Below are positions 18,112-28,048 of a stretch of 64,000 nucleotides of DNA, in pieces. The notes beneath the pieces are model-generated. The model saw only the letters and a program-made list of their open reading frames with translations, was not told where the DNA came from and did not search any database. The translations under genes were made by a program, and so were the position numbers. The first letter of the stretch is position 1; each line of letters starts with the position of its first letter. Location of the stretch: the IMG/VR virus record IMGVR_UViG_3300036804_000259, positions 456-64,455 of that record. The stretch is one strand, 5' to 3'. The stretch is from a virus. Lineage: Duplodnaviria; Caudoviricetes.

Positions 18112-18572
18112 GTTTTTTGGACCTTGTTACTGAGATAGTTTTTCAGCCATTCGATCCCTTCCTGGTGCCTCTTAAGCGCCTCTTGAAGCGTGCGATCCCG
18201 CTCCTGCCAAAGGCTCGGCCGCATCATCTGCTTTGTTCCGTCGAACCATTCAGTTTCCTCCGGCGGACCGAAAACCATGGTTTCAAACACACGAGGGATG
18301 TGGCTATGGACATACCAGCTGTGGTCTAGACCCTCGAAAATGGTGGATACCTTGTGATCCTCGAAATAATCTTGCTGGATCACGCGCTGCCCGTTTTTCT
18401 CAAACCAGAAGGTCCATTCGAACAGACTGGCCGGGATGACCTCGCCTGATTCATTCAGGATCCAGTGATGAGGCCCGTACTTCGCCATCTGCTCATCGGA
18501 GAATCTCTTAAGCTCGTCTAGAGCTTTAGCCTTATCACTCGGTCCCTCAGGGCGATTGCTTCGGTCCTTCAT
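18108..18572 (-). CDS. hypothetical phage protein
   Basis: ATGA-coupled; VSTIF.GLDH...FETMVFG motif typical of small phage proteins. Confidence 0.7.
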   Translation of the reverse strand: MKDRSNRPEGPSDKAKALDELKRFSDEQMAKYGPHHWILNESGEVIPASLFEWTFWFEKNGQRVIQQDYFEDHKVSTIFEGLDHSWYVHSHIPRVFETMVFGPPEETEWFDGTKQMMRPSLWQERDRTLQEALKRHQEGIEWLKNYLSNKVQKT

Positions 18573-18799
18573 TTGAGTTGGTCGACGATCATCTTCACTA
18601 AGGCGAGCTCTGTGGGATCACGAGAATTGAGACACATCACATTGTGAAAGGCTTCACGTTGCGCGTAGGTGGTCCCAGCCCAGACCGCCATCATCTTTTG
18701 CACAACCGGATCATCTTCCGGCATAGGTCGACCGGTATCTCGGTCTAGAATCACCGGTCTGCATCCTGGGCAGTTATCATCAAATTTCTCTCGCGACAT
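18569..18799 (-). CDS. hypothetical protein (CxxC)
   Basis: Coupled ORF with CPGC and H..MC. Confidence 0.65.
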   Translation of the reverse strand: MSREKFDDNCPGCRPVILDRDTGRPMPEDDPVVQKMMAVWAGTTYAQREAFHNVMCLNSRDPTELALVKMIVDQLK

Positions 18800-19087
18800 T
18801 TATTGAGCCTTCTCAGTAGAGGCGTTCCGCCATACGTGCCGGACATAGCCGGCGCTAACGGCCGTGCCGCAATAAACGTAATCGTTGCCCGGCGATTCGG
18901 TGCCGGAGGCGGTCACTTTGAACCGAGCGATCCATTTAGGTTTCGCACTGTCCACATGGCAAAAGACACTGATCTGATTGGCGAACACATGATCACCGAC
19001 TACCCCGGCCACGCCGCCCCAACCTGGAATCTCAAAGACCTGATCCTCAGGCCCGATATGCAGCGTGTATGCGAGAATTGTTCTCAC
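18800..19087 (-). CDS. hypothetical phage protein
   Basis: Abutting ORF ending YCGTAV..GYVRHVW. Confidence 0.65.
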   Translation of the reverse strand: MRTILAYTLHIGPEDQVFEIPGWGGVAGVVGDHVFANQISVFCHVDSAKPKWIARFKVTASGTESPGNDYVYCGTAVSAGYVRHVWRNASTEKAQ

Positions 19088-19090
19088 TGT

Positions 19091-19273
19091 TCAAGTCTCT
19101 TTCAGCACATCTTTTTTGTACGATTCCAACCCTGATTCTAAAACCAGTAGTAGCCGGTGTTCGGGCGTATCCAGAGGAAAGTGCAAAGCTTTTAAAACCG
19201 CGACCAACTCTTCGACGTTTGCTACCATTTGCGTAGCTAGGTTTTGAGGATCGCTATTGCGCTCTCCGTTCAT
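19091..19273 (-). CDS. hypothetical protein
   Basis: ATGA-coupled. Confidence 0.55.
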   Translation of the reverse strand: MNGERNSDPQNLATQMVANVEELVAVLKALHFPLDTPEHRLLLVLESGLESYKKDVLKET

Positions 19274-20112
19274 TCGTTTTCTTCTCCGTGGATCCGAATC
19301 GCAGCAGCTCCAACGAAACTGGTCCGGCTCGTTTTGCGAATCTGAAGGCCGGGAACGCTATCCAGAGGTTCGCCGGCTTCATCCAAAGATTTCGCGAACT
19401 CCTTGGCCAAGCCTGTCCTGAGTTCGATCTTTAAAAGTTGCGGTTGGGCTTGATAGAGCGCCATCGGATCGGTGCATTCAACCAGATATTCAGTCCAGGG
19501 ACGGGTTCCGCTGGATTTAGAAATCTCCTTGGGAATGTCGGCTACCGGCAGGTTCTCGCGCTCAACCTGGAGCGCAATTTCTTCGCTCTGAATCTTTTCA
19601 TTTGCCTTCGCGACCTGGCGCTGCGCTGCGGCCTTCTCGCGGGCGTCCTCCGCTAGTCGCAACTTCCTTTGAGCCTCCTCTTTCTCGCGCTCCAGCTGCC
19701 GAATCTTCGCCATCCGTTCTTCTTCGATCCGGCGTTCCTCGGCTTTACGCGTAGCTTCGGCGGTTTCCAGTTCGAGACGTTGCTTGTCATGGAATCCGCT
19801 AACGAGTTTATCGATTAACTTCAGTGCGTCAGCGAGCGGCGTATCCAATTCATGGTAGAGATTGTCCAACCCTCTGGTCGCAGCCAATAAAGGCGCCTTT
19901 GCGGCTCGATAATTCACCTCAACGCCTTTGCGCAATCCTTGCAATTCTTTGCCAATGAGAGAGGCCCTGTCTCGGGATTTGACGTCGGTGACCTGAGTAA
20001 TTGACTTGGCTCGTTTGAGCAAGCTTTCCCACGCGACCATGGCGTCTTTACGCTTGGAGACGGTAATCTCCTCAAGCGGAACGCCACGCACTAATATTTC
20101 GATGTTGTTCAT
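19270..20112 (-). CDS. coiled-coil phage protein
   Basis: Long E/K/R/A helix; promoter TTGCGA-17-TAGCAT 8 nt upstream. Confidence 0.7.
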   Translation of the reverse strand: MNNIEILVRGVPLEEITVSKRKDAMVAWESLLKRAKSITQVTDVKSRDRASLIGKELQGLRKGVEVNYRAAKAPLLAATRGLDNLYHELDTPLADALKLIDKLVSGFHDKQRLELETAEATRKAEERRIEEERMAKIRQLEREKEEAQRKLRLAEDAREKAAAQRQVAKANEKIQSEEIALQVERENLPVADIPKEISKSSGTRPWTEYLVECTDPMALYQAQPQLLKIELRTGLAKEFAKSLDEAGEPLDSVPGLQIRKTSRTSFVGAAAIRIHGEENE

Positions 20113-20173
20113 CAATTTCTATGCTATTACCTTCGGCCTTCTATCGCAATATTAACATCGAATAATTTCCACC

Positions 20174-20632
20174 ATGGCATACGACTCAACCGTTGATACC
20201 CGCGTCCATATCGCAAAGGTCCAAGGCTTGCTCGCCGATGTTATCACCATCCTCCAGAGCCGCGGAACCGAGCACGACCTATCTAAGTTTAGTAGCCCAG
20301 AGAAAGAGGCTTACGACGAACTGACGCCTAAATTGCGCGACGTCCAATATGGGAGTGAGGAGTACAAAGAGATCATCAGGGAAATGCGCCCGGCGATTGA
20401 CCATCACTACCAAAAAAACCGGCATCATCCTGAATATTATTCAAACGGGATTGGCGGTATGAGCCTGATTGATCTACTCGAAATGCTGGTCGATTGGAAA
20501 GCGGCCAGCGAACGCAGTGAGAAATCTGTCTCTTTTGAAAAGGCTTTCGATATCAACAAAAAGCGTTTCGACATCAATCCGCAACTGGCCGGCATTCTGT
20601 GGAATACAGCCTGCGAACTGGACTGGGTATGA
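20174..20632 (+). CDS. HD-superfamily protein (DUF5662-like)
   Basis: H...V, HDLSKF..PE, HHY..NRHHPEY, MSLIDLLEMLVDW.AA. Confidence 0.8.
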   Translation: MAYDSTVDTRVHIAKVQGLLADVITILQSRGTEHDLSKFSSPEKEAYDELTPKLRDVQYGSEEYKEIIREMRPAIDHHYQKNRHHPEYYSNGIGGMSLIDLLEMLVDWKAASERSEKSVSFEKAFDINKKRFDINPQLAGILWNTACELDWV

Positions 20633-20880
20633 ACGAACTAGACCAAGAAACAGTTGAGAGGTTGACCGTGGAGATAATGCAGGTGCTTAAGCCCCATCTT
20701 GAGAAGGAACCGAAAACTCGGATGCTGGTCTACGAAAGCTTAAATGCCCTTGCCGTTGCCGCAGGCACCATGATTGCCGGAACCATGGATCCAGTCGCAT
20801 TAAATTTTTTCAACGAAGCCCTGTTCACGCAAATGCAGAGCATCGTCCTTGACGAGGCGAAAAAGGAACCTCACACTTAA
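20629..20880 (+). CDS. hypothetical protein
   Basis: ATGA overlap with the HD gene. Confidence 0.6.
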   Translation: MNELDQETVERLTVEIMQVLKPHLEKEPKTRMLVYESLNALAVAAGTMIAGTMDPVALNFFNEALFTQMQSIVLDEAKKEPHT

Positions 20881-21139
20881 GCTCTGAGTTGCGCGGTAGA
20901 GCGAGCGTATCTGGCCGTGACGTCTGTAATGTTCTTACAGGTGAATCGACCGTGAACGGGCTCGCCGGCTCTTCACTGAGTCGCCGCGCACCTTTCTTTT
21001 AAAGAACGAAGGAATCGCCGATAGGTCGGCGCACCTTGGCCCCACTCCGTTCGCCACCAAAAGACGTGTTTGCTCCGCAGATCCATCACATAGCAGGCTC
21101 CGCCTTCGGCTCTCCACCAATACCACTTAGTCATGTCGC

Positions 21140-21406
21140 TCATCGCACGATAAAGCCCTGTTCTCTGGCCCAAGCCGGATGGGAATGAATCAGGTCATGG
21201 CACGTCCGACAGACTGAGAGCCAATAGAATTGGTCCACTAAGCGTTTACCGGTGCGCCCGGCTTTGTGATGGACATCCCAGGACTTTCGCTTTTGGCAGA
21301 CCTCGCAGACCGGGTTGGCTCTCAGAAACTCCCGGCGAAGTTTGGAATACTCTCGCAGCTGCGCCGCTCGCTTATCGCTAACCGGTTTTAGCCGAGTTCG
21401 CTTCAC
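21140..21406 (-). CDS. HNH endonuclease
   Basis: CEVC....DVHH..GR...W.SVCRTCHD.IH. Confidence 0.85.
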   Translation of the reverse strand: MKRTRLKPVSDKRAAQLREYSKLRREFLRANPVCEVCQKRKSWDVHHKAGRTGKRLVDQFYWLSVCRTCHDLIHSHPAWAREQGFIVR

Positions 21407-21684
21407 AATGTCCGCTCTTCCTCTGCCAGGATTGCCTCCGTCCATTCGCGCACTCGGACCGCGTTTTCCATGGCAAGATGGGCGTTCACCTTATCAATGA
21501 GACTCTGGTTGAACTCTTTGATTTTCTCGGGATCAGCTCCTTGGGCCGTGGCCTTGGCGTAAGCATCCATCAGCGTCTTATCGACTCGTTCCTGGCTCTC
21601 CTTGGTAATGATCCCCACGATAAGGTCACTAATTTCCCGGTAACGCCGAGCCCGGTGCCAACCTCGCAATAGTTCGTAGATCAC
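21403..21684 (-). CDS. hypothetical protein
   Basis: GTGA overlaps at both ends. Confidence 0.55.
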   Translation of the reverse strand: MIYELLRGWHRARRYREISDLIVGIITKESQERVDKTLMDAYAKATAQGADPEKIKEFNQSLIDKVNAHLAMENAVRVREWTEAILAEEERTL

Positions 21685-21791
21685 CGCCGAACTTTGCTCG
21701 GGACTACCTTTTTCGCTACCTGCGCAGCTTTGGTTTTTTGAGCTGGCTTCATTTTTTTGAATAGACCCAGGCTGCGTTTTTTAGTGGCCAT
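21681..21791 (-). CDS. 36 aa Lys-rich peptide
   Basis: Hand translation MATKKRSLGLFKKMKPAQKTKAAQVAKKVVPSKVRR fills the gap exactly, below the ORF-track cutoff. Confidence 0.5.
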   Translation of the reverse strand: MATKKRSLGLFKKMKPAQKTKAAQVAKKVVPSKVRR

Positions 21792-21793
21792 AG

Positions 21794-22093
21794 CTAAGCG
21801 GAATTTAGAGCCCTTTTATGCCTGCGCTTCGGTGGTTTGATTTGTTTGGACGTTTTCCAGATTCTCCACTCCGTGCAATCCTCATTCTCTGCGAGAATCG
21901 TGACTTTTATCCCCATGGACCTTGCGAGCTGATAGAGCGCTTCTCGCCGTTTCGATGAAACGAAAGAGTCGCCGACAAGTTGCCCGTCCACTCGGACCGC
22001 GACCCCCATTTGGAGCAGCTGCATGTGCTCTTCCGAGGGAGGACGCCCCCGCGTTTCGGTGATCGGGACATTGTGTTCGATTTCGATGGCCAT
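21794..22093 (-). CDS. probable small DNA-binding protein
   Basis: IEIEHNVPI..RGRP...GDSF...WRIWK pattern. Confidence 0.6.
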   Translation of the reverse strand: MAIEIEHNVPITETRGRPPSEEHMQLLQMGVAVRVDGQLVGDSFVSSKRREALYQLARSMGIKVTILAENEDCTEWRIWKTSKQIKPPKRRHKRALNSA

Positions 22094-22256
22094 AAATTAT
22101 TCGCTGGTAAAAAAGAGCAAGGATGCGCGGATCGGTAATGCGACCCGAATGACTGCCGATTTTATAATCAATACCGGATTGATATCCCTCGACAGTGTAT
22201 TTTCCTTGCATTATTTACAACAATAACACCGTGCATTTTTCTCTGCAAGCCTTGTT

Positions 22257-22814
22257 ATGGACGACGAACCGATTCGAATAATCTCCGAAAACGAAGCCAA
22301 GCAACTCAGAGGCGATTCAGCTGAAGACCTAGAGCTTGGCCGGCGAATCTGGGATCTGGCGCTCCAGGGTCGGAACCGGGACCAGATCGCCCAGAAATTG
22401 AAGATCTCTATCGACATGCTCGACAATACCCTGAACGCCTATCGGGTACGGCTCGGCTTATCGATCGACCATTACCGCATGCTGGACAACGAGCGGATCG
22501 ATAAAATCGTCTCAAGTTGGATGCCAGTTGCGACCGAGGGACCGGTCAGACTTCTGACTTTTAAAAAAGGCGAACCAATCCTGATCGAGGACTTTGACCG
22601 GGCTATGAAAGCCGCCTATTTGGTCATCCAATCGGTTACGACTCGGATCCGTATACTTGGAGCCAGCGGAGCTCTAGCCGCGCCAGGAGAGGCGGCTGGA
22701 GGCCTGGAAGGAGCCAAATCTTACAGCGAGCGCAACATCGTAATTTGGCTTAGGGAAACGATGCCGATCATTGAAAAAATTACCCGCGAAGTCGAAGCCG
22801 AGGTCGTCCCATGA
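22257..22814 (+). CDS. HTH protein, possible small terminase subunit
   Basis: IWDLALQGRNRDQIAQKLKIS HTH followed by helices; function inferred. Confidence 0.5.
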   Translation: MDDEPIRIISENEAKQLRGDSAEDLELGRRIWDLALQGRNRDQIAQKLKISIDMLDNTLNAYRVRLGLSIDHYRMLDNERIDKIVSSWMPVATEGPVRLLTFKKGEPILIEDFDRAMKAAYLVIQSVTTRIRILGASGALAAPGEAAGGLEGAKSYSERNIVIWLRETMPIIEKITREVEAEVVP

Positions 22815-23035
22815 GTGCAGAAGCCTTTGGATATATGATAACAGCTCAAGAACAGGATGCCGCGCCCAAAGGGATCACTAAAACTGAAGCCGAGAATTAT
22901 CTCAATATTTGCAAGGAAAGCTACACCAGGGCAGTCGGCAAAGGCGAGATGCTCATGGTCACGCTCAGAATGGAAATCATGTATTGGCAAAAGTATCTGA
23001 ACATAAACTTTCCTGAACCCGAGAAAGAAAAATAA
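22811..23035 (+). CDS. hypothetical protein
   Basis: ATGA/TAATG coupling. Confidence 0.6.
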   Translation: MSAEAFGYMITAQEQDAAPKGITKTEAENYLNICKESYTRAVGKGEMLMVTLRMEIMYWQKYLNINFPEPEKEK

Positions 23036-23292
23036 TGCCGGCCAAACCCCATGCTAACCCAACGGCGCCGGCCAAACCGATCGTGATGAAGCCGGTGAAC
23101 TCGAGCACCATCAAATCGGTAGGCTACGACGAGCCGACTTCAAACCTGCAAGTCGAATTTATCCATGGAGGGCACTACATGTATCACGGCGTGCCGAAGC
23201 AACTTTATCATCAGCTGATCGGAGCGCCGAGCGTCGGCTCCTTCTTTCACCGCAACGTCAAAGACAAACACAAGTTCACCAAGCTAAAATGA
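23035..23292 (+). CDS. KTSC domain protein
   Basis: VNSSTIKSVGYD....LQVEF..G..Y.YHGVP...Y..L..APSVGSFFHRNVK. Confidence 0.92.
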   Translation: MPAKPHANPTAPAKPIVMKPVNSSTIKSVGYDEPTSNLQVEFIHGGHYMYHGVPKQLYHQLIGAPSVGSFFHRNVKDKHKFTKLK

Positions 23293-23486
23293 ACCGGTAG
23301 GCGGAGGCCAATATTCCTGGCCGACTCGAAACGGCTCCCAGTTTAGGATTGGATGAACCCCCAGGAAGGGAACCGTTTTAGCCGGTATCTGGTAAACCGC
23401 CTTATTGGTGAGGATGAAGAGATGGCCTTGAACCATCCGCATACTGAGCACCTTTTCGTCCTCCGGAAAACTTGCGATGAAGTGGG

Positions 23487-23792
23487 CTACGACTTCACTT
23501 CCCATTCTGGATATTTAGCTAGAATTTCAAGGGAGTCATCGCCCTCGAGGTACGCGATCACCCACCATTGCTTGCCTCCGTCGAATTCGGCCAGCATAAG
23601 GTGTACATCCTCATCCTCACCGTGTCCGTGTCGATGGAAGTAATGCCGATGGACAGCAAAACGGTGAAACATTTGCTCCTCGCTCCAGTGGCGAATGAAT
23701 TCGAGCCCCTCGAGATCCTCTGTGTTGAACACGTAAGTTCTCCTTGGCTCGAAGCCTTCAAAAAAGCTCGGAATGTGTTGGCGGACTCTCAT
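23487..23792 (-). CDS. hypothetical protein
   Basis: ATGA-coupled. Confidence 0.6.
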   Translation of the reverse strand: MRVRQHIPSFFEGFEPRRTYVFNTEDLEGLEFIRHWSEEQMFHRFAVHRHYFHRHGHGEDEDVHLMLAEFDGGKQWWVIAYLEGDDSLEILAKYPEWEVKS

Positions 23793-24049
23793 CGAGGGTG
23801 CCTCTTTTTCCAGGCTTCGATCTCGGCTAGTTGAGCTTCGTTCGGCGGCATTACCTGGACCGTTTCTCCCGGTTCAATGGTTGAGAAACAGCACTCGATA
23901 CACACCACCTGAATGTGTTGAGGGCTTGAGTGCGCCCGCCAGACCGGCGAGCCGCACTTTGCGCAAATGTCTTTTTGGGAAGGGACATATGGCTCTTCGC
24001 CCGGCACTGCCCGTTTACATACGACCCATTCGACCCATTCCTCATTCAT
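23789..24049 (-). CDS. small Cys-rich (zinc-binding) protein
   Basis: CAKC...CIEC. Confidence 0.65.
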   Translation of the reverse strand: MNEEWVEWVVCKRAVPGEEPYVPSQKDICAKCGSPVWRAHSSPQHIQVVCIECCFSTIEPGETVQVMPPNEAQLAEIEAWKKRHPR

Positions 24050-24570
24050 GTCCGCGGCACCTTTATTTGATCCTCCGCACCGAACAAATGGACGCGGCCG
24101 GTTCCTTTCCGGAGCGAATAATTTTTCACCTTGGGCTTTTGGCCTTGCGTCACCCTCGGAGATATTTTGCCGGCTCTGATTCGTTTCAATTGTTGTCTGT
24201 GCTTATAAGCCAAGGTCTGACATCGACTCGGAGCATGAAACACAAAACCGCCAGGCGCGATCTTCTCTCCACCGTCGAACCGAAGGAGGTATTCCCGCGC
24301 ATAGGTTTTGACTTTGAACCGCTCCATGACGTTCTCGCCTTTCTCATTCAGGGTTTGCACATACGCCGTCGTTTTGAAGACGAAGACGTTTGCTGCCGAG
24401 AGCGTTCTTCGTAGACATCGGGCATATGCGCAGTTCTCTGGATCCTCCTTGGTCGCGCCCGAAATATCTTTGTCGTTTGGCTGTACGTGCAAACTGGCCC
24501 GTGCCTCCCAAATGGGAAACCCCTTAAACATGCGCTGCCGTTCTCTTGAGGGTCTAGTTCTTCTTTTCAT
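24046..24570 (-). CDS. basic hypothetical protein
   Basis: 174 aa, divergent from the helicase. Confidence 0.65.
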   Translation of the reverse strand: MKRRTRPSRERQRMFKGFPIWEARASLHVQPNDKDISGATKEDPENCAYARCLRRTLSAANVFVFKTTAYVQTLNEKGENVMERFKVKTYAREYLLRFDGGEKIAPGGFVFHAPSRCQTLAYKHRQQLKRIRAGKISPRVTQGQKPKVKNYSLRKGTGRVHLFGAEDQIKVPRT

Positions 24571-24636
24571 TACTTGCCTACATGGAATTGTTCACGGAAA
24601 ACAATTATTTACTAGCATGTTATTATCAAGTGCAGC

Positions 24637-24665
24637 TTGCATGACCTGCGCAATTATCCTACAAT
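24637..24665 (+). promoter_or_regulatory. sigma70-like promoter of helicase, leaderless geometry
   Basis: TTGCAT-17nt-TACAAT-7nt-GTG(24673). Confidence 0.65.
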
Positions 24666-24672
24666 GCTCGCT

Positions 24673-26229
24673 GTGTTAGACTTGCGCGATTATCAGATCC
24701 GTGCAGTCAATTCCGTCCTGGCCGGCTGGCGCGACTGGCGTCGCCTTTTGGGAGTAGCCGCGACCGGCGCCGGCAAGACGGTCATCGCCGCGCACGTCTT
24801 TAATCAGCGGCTCTCGAGCGGTCCCTGCTTATTTGTCGCGCACCGGGAAGAACTCCTCGATCAGGCCATCGATAAGTTATGGAGAGTGACTCGCGAAAAA
24901 ATCGGACTCGAGCGAGCCGAATCTCACGCGAATCTCTCTCACCGCATTGTGGTTGCTAGCGTTGCCAGTCTGCACCTGAACCGAATAGCAAAATGGCCCT
25001 CTCACTACTTTAAAACAATCGTTATTGATGAGTGCCATAGAGCCGCTGCGAAATCGTACCAGAATGTACTCAGTCGTTTTCCTGAAGCAAAAGTGCTCGG
25101 GATCACCGCGACGCCGGATCGCGCCGACCATAAAAGTCTTGGGAACATCTTCGAATCGATCGCTTTTGAGATCGGGCTAATCGAGCTGATTGAACAAGGC
25201 TGGCTGGCACCCATCCGAGTTGAGCAGATCCCGCTCAAGATCGATCTGAGCGGGATTGAATTGGATTCTCGCGGCGATCTGGATGTTACCCAGACCGCGC
25301 ACGTATTAGAACCTTACCTTGATTCACTCGCTCAGGAGCTGTTGTTCCACCAGGATCGCAAGACCCTGGTTTTTTGGCCTTTAGTCAAATTGAGCAAACA
25401 ATTCGTCGAATGTGCCCGTAGCCTAGACCTGTTGGCGGATCATATCGACGGCGAGTCGACGGACCGGAAAGAAATCCTGGCCCAGTTCAAGGCTGGCGAG
25501 ACGCGGATCCTTTCGTGTGCGGCTCTACTAAGCGAGGGCTACGATGAGCCAAGCGTCGATTGCATCGTGATGATGCGGCCAACGCAGAGCCGCACACTCT
25601 ATTGCCAGTGCCTCGGACGCGGGTTCAGGATATGCGAAGGTAAAAGCGATCTACTGGTCCTAGATCCTTTATGGCAAAGTGGCGAGCACTCGCTCGTGCG
25701 CCCAGCCAACCTGGTCGCCGCGTCCGAGGACGAAGCTGAACAAATTTTCAAACTCCTGGCTCAGGAACCTGACCTTTTACGCGCCAAGGCCAAGGTCAAG
25801 GAAATCGATTTGGCGCTGGTGCAAGAAAGGGCGCGACGGCTTGCAGAGAGGCTGGACGCGACCTCCAAGCGCCAACGTCAGCTATTTGATCCGCTGGAGG
25901 CGGCGAGCGTCTTACAGGATCCAGAATTAGCCGATTACGAGCCGGTTATGGAGTGGCAAGCTACCACTGTCTCCCCCAAACAAGCAGCGCTGCTGCGGGA
26001 TCTAGGAGTGGATCCCGCAGCAGTAAAATGCAAGGGGCAAGCCAGTGCGATTTTGAGTCGGCTTATCGGACGAAGGAAACAATCCTTGGCGACGTTTCGG
26101 CAGCTACGTTGGTTGATTCACTATGGGTACGAAAACCCGCAGAATGCCACCTTCGAAGAGGCAAGCCGGTTTTTAGACGAACATTTTGGCAACCGCCGGC
26201 CACCGCGGCAACGCCAGCTAACTTTGTGA
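24673..26229 (+). CDS. superfamily 2 DExH helicase (ResIII/RadD-like)
   Basis: LRDYQ, ATGAGKT, DECH, GITATP, LSEGYDEP, QCLGRGFR. Confidence 0.93.
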   Translation: MLDLRDYQIRAVNSVLAGWRDWRRLLGVAATGAGKTVIAAHVFNQRLSSGPCLFVAHREELLDQAIDKLWRVTREKIGLERAESHANLSHRIVVASVASLHLNRIAKWPSHYFKTIVIDECHRAAAKSYQNVLSRFPEAKVLGITATPDRADHKSLGNIFESIAFEIGLIELIEQGWLAPIRVEQIPLKIDLSGIELDSRGDLDVTQTAHVLEPYLDSLAQELLFHQDRKTLVFWPLVKLSKQFVECARSLDLLADHIDGESTDRKEILAQFKAGETRILSCAALLSEGYDEPSVDCIVMMRPTQSRTLYCQCLGRGFRICEGKSDLLVLDPLWQSGEHSLVRPANLVAASEDEAEQIFKLLAQEPDLLRAKAKVKEIDLALVQERARRLAERLDATSKRQRQLFDPLEAASVLQDPELADYEPVMEWQATTVSPKQAALLRDLGVDPAAVKCKGQASAILSRLIGRRKQSLATFRQLRWLIHYGYENPQNATFEEASRFLDEHFGNRRPPRQRQLTL

Positions 26230-26329
26230 GAGACTATTGAAGGGGGCAGAGCCGGTGTTCTAGATCGGAAGAATCGTCGCTCAAACGTCCCGGTGAGCCG
26301 ACTCTGTCCTCTTCAGTAGTCGAGTCATT

Positions 26330-26620
26330 ATGCTAGAACCAGACGAATACGGGAAGCCTCTAGATCGAGATAAGTACAAAGCTTTGTTTGACGCCATTGG
26401 CGACGCCTTCCCAGAGAATCCAGAGGAGGTTCCATTTGTGCTGCCGCCCATGAAACCAGACGAAAGTGATCCTGTAAAACCCGAGGAGCAGCTGCGCCTA
26501 ACGCGGGAAGCTATCAAAGTCTTGAGAGAGATCGTGGTCGTGCAAGGCCAGCGCATCGATAATGTCGAGAACTGGCTCAAGAAGCTCGAGGACAAACTGG
26601 ATGATTTACTCGCGGGTTGA
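26330..26620 (+). CDS. hypothetical protein with C-terminal coiled coil
   Basis: 96 aa ORF with heptad pattern. Confidence 0.6.
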   Translation: MLEPDEYGKPLDRDKYKALFDAIGDAFPENPEEVPFVLPPMKPDESDPVKPEEQLRLTREAIKVLREIVVVQGQRIDNVENWLKKLEDKLDDLLAG

Positions 26621-26937
26621 CTGGCGGTACTCTTCCGCTCGTGAGCAAAGCAAAAGTTGGCACTGGTAGCCTTGAGCCGTTTAAAAAAGGCGACTGCCAT
26701 TCAGAGTCGATCGGTGGCAGCACAAGCAAAGAGCACGTTCGCGAGGGATTCACCGAGAACGTAAAGATCACGCGGGCCTCTCGGGAGGAAACCGAACTGA
26801 CGCCCTTCAAAACTGGACCAACTGGCCCTGGCGTGAATCGTGGCAACCCTAGCGTGCCGGCGTTTCGCGAGAAAGAGGACTGCGGGATTCCCACCCACGG
26901 GTACAAACCCTTCAAGAAATAAACCGAGGAATATTTT

Positions 26938-27159
26938 ATGGCTAAAAGTGGAGACTGGGGCGGAGATAAATCCGCCATTCCGCGGACCGTAAAACGGACC
27001 GAGAACGTGACGAAGAACGCGACCTCAACGGTCAGCAAGCCTTCGCTTGAAGTGCCCGAAGAGGCACCAAAACTCAGATATGTGCCCGATCCCTGGTACA
27101 CCCGCGAACCCATGAATCCCGCGTTTAAGAAAAATCCGAGGGTTCCAAGAGGCGGATGA
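26938..27159 (+). CDS. small disordered protein ending in RGG
   Basis: 73 aa, GAGG upstream, ATGA-coupled to the next gene. Confidence 0.6.
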   Translation: MAKSGDWGGDKSAIPRTVKRTENVTKNATSTVSKPSLEVPEEAPKLRYVPDPWYTREPMNPAFKKNPRVPRGG

Positions 27160-27404
27160 GCACGGCACCCTCATTCGATAGCATCTGCAAAGCGTTTCGC
27201 CAGGACATCAAACTGAGCGCATCGAAACTGAAAGCCTTTAAGGAAGCAACCGCAACCTACAAAGAAATGGATGCGGTCACCGTCGAGATTAACGAAGTGT
27301 TGGCGAATCTGACCCTTGCCTATCGCCATTTAGAAGACGCAGCGATGCGGCTCGGCAAAGCCATTCAAGCCGCAGACGGTGGCGTCAGCGTATACGACAA
27401 ATGA
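27156..27404 (+). CDS. hypothetical phage protein
   Basis: ANLTLAYRHLEDAAMRLGKAIQA.DGGVSVYDK, coupled. Confidence 0.7.
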   Translation: MSTAPSFDSICKAFRQDIKLSASKLKAFKEATATYKEMDAVTVEINEVLANLTLAYRHLEDAAMRLGKAIQAADGGVSVYDK

Positions 27405-28048
27405 GGGTCTTGAGTTCGATCGTGATGCCTGGGGGCTGGCATTTCGAGCAGAAACTCGTTTCTAGCCCCCAACGACCCCGTACGCAGCGGATCGGTGCCT
27501 CGACCTACGATCAGCTCTTGGATAACGTCTTTAAGTTCCGGCTCAACAACCTCGAGATGGTGCCGGCCGGCACCGCCACAAAAGAGTTGGTCGAACAGGA
27601 TGTAAGCTTTTTTATCTGCGGTCACTATCCCGGCAATTGCACTGGCACTCGGGCGCAATTTGCCCAAATGAAAGGTGGCGAATGGCCAGGTCGAAAATAC
27701 AAAGTCGATTACCGCCGGCCACTCACCAGGATCGAAGATTGGATTACCAGGCTCAACCAAGAGAACCTCAAATTCGTCGATAACACCGTTGCACTTTCGC
27801 GAGCGCAGATTTGCATCAAGTGCTCGCTGCATCAGAACTGGAGAAGCGGCTGCGGCCCCTGCAACGAAAACGCGACGCGCCGGGCAACTCTCATTCGCGG
27901 CTCGCATGTAATGGGGCTGGAAGGAAAATTGAAAGCCTGCCTTGCCTACGGCACCCTCCAAGAAGTATCGGTTTGGTTGGAACAAGATTTTTCAACTGCC
28001 GTAAGCAAACGGATTCCCGCAGAATGTTGGAAGGTGAAAGCGTCGTAA
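27401..28048 (+). CDS. Cys-rich protein upstream of portal
   Basis: C....PGNC, CIKC..H, CGPC, C, CW motifs. Confidence 0.7.
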   Translation: MRVLSSIVMPGGWHFEQKLVSSPQRPRTQRIGASTYDQLLDNVFKFRLNNLEMVPAGTATKELVEQDVSFFICGHYPGNCTGTRAQFAQMKGGEWPGRKYKVDYRRPLTRIEDWITRLNQENLKFVDNTVALSRAQICIKCSLHQNWRSGCGPCNENATRRATLIRGSHVMGLEGKLKACLAYGTLQEVSVWLEQDFSTAVSKRIPAECWKVKAS

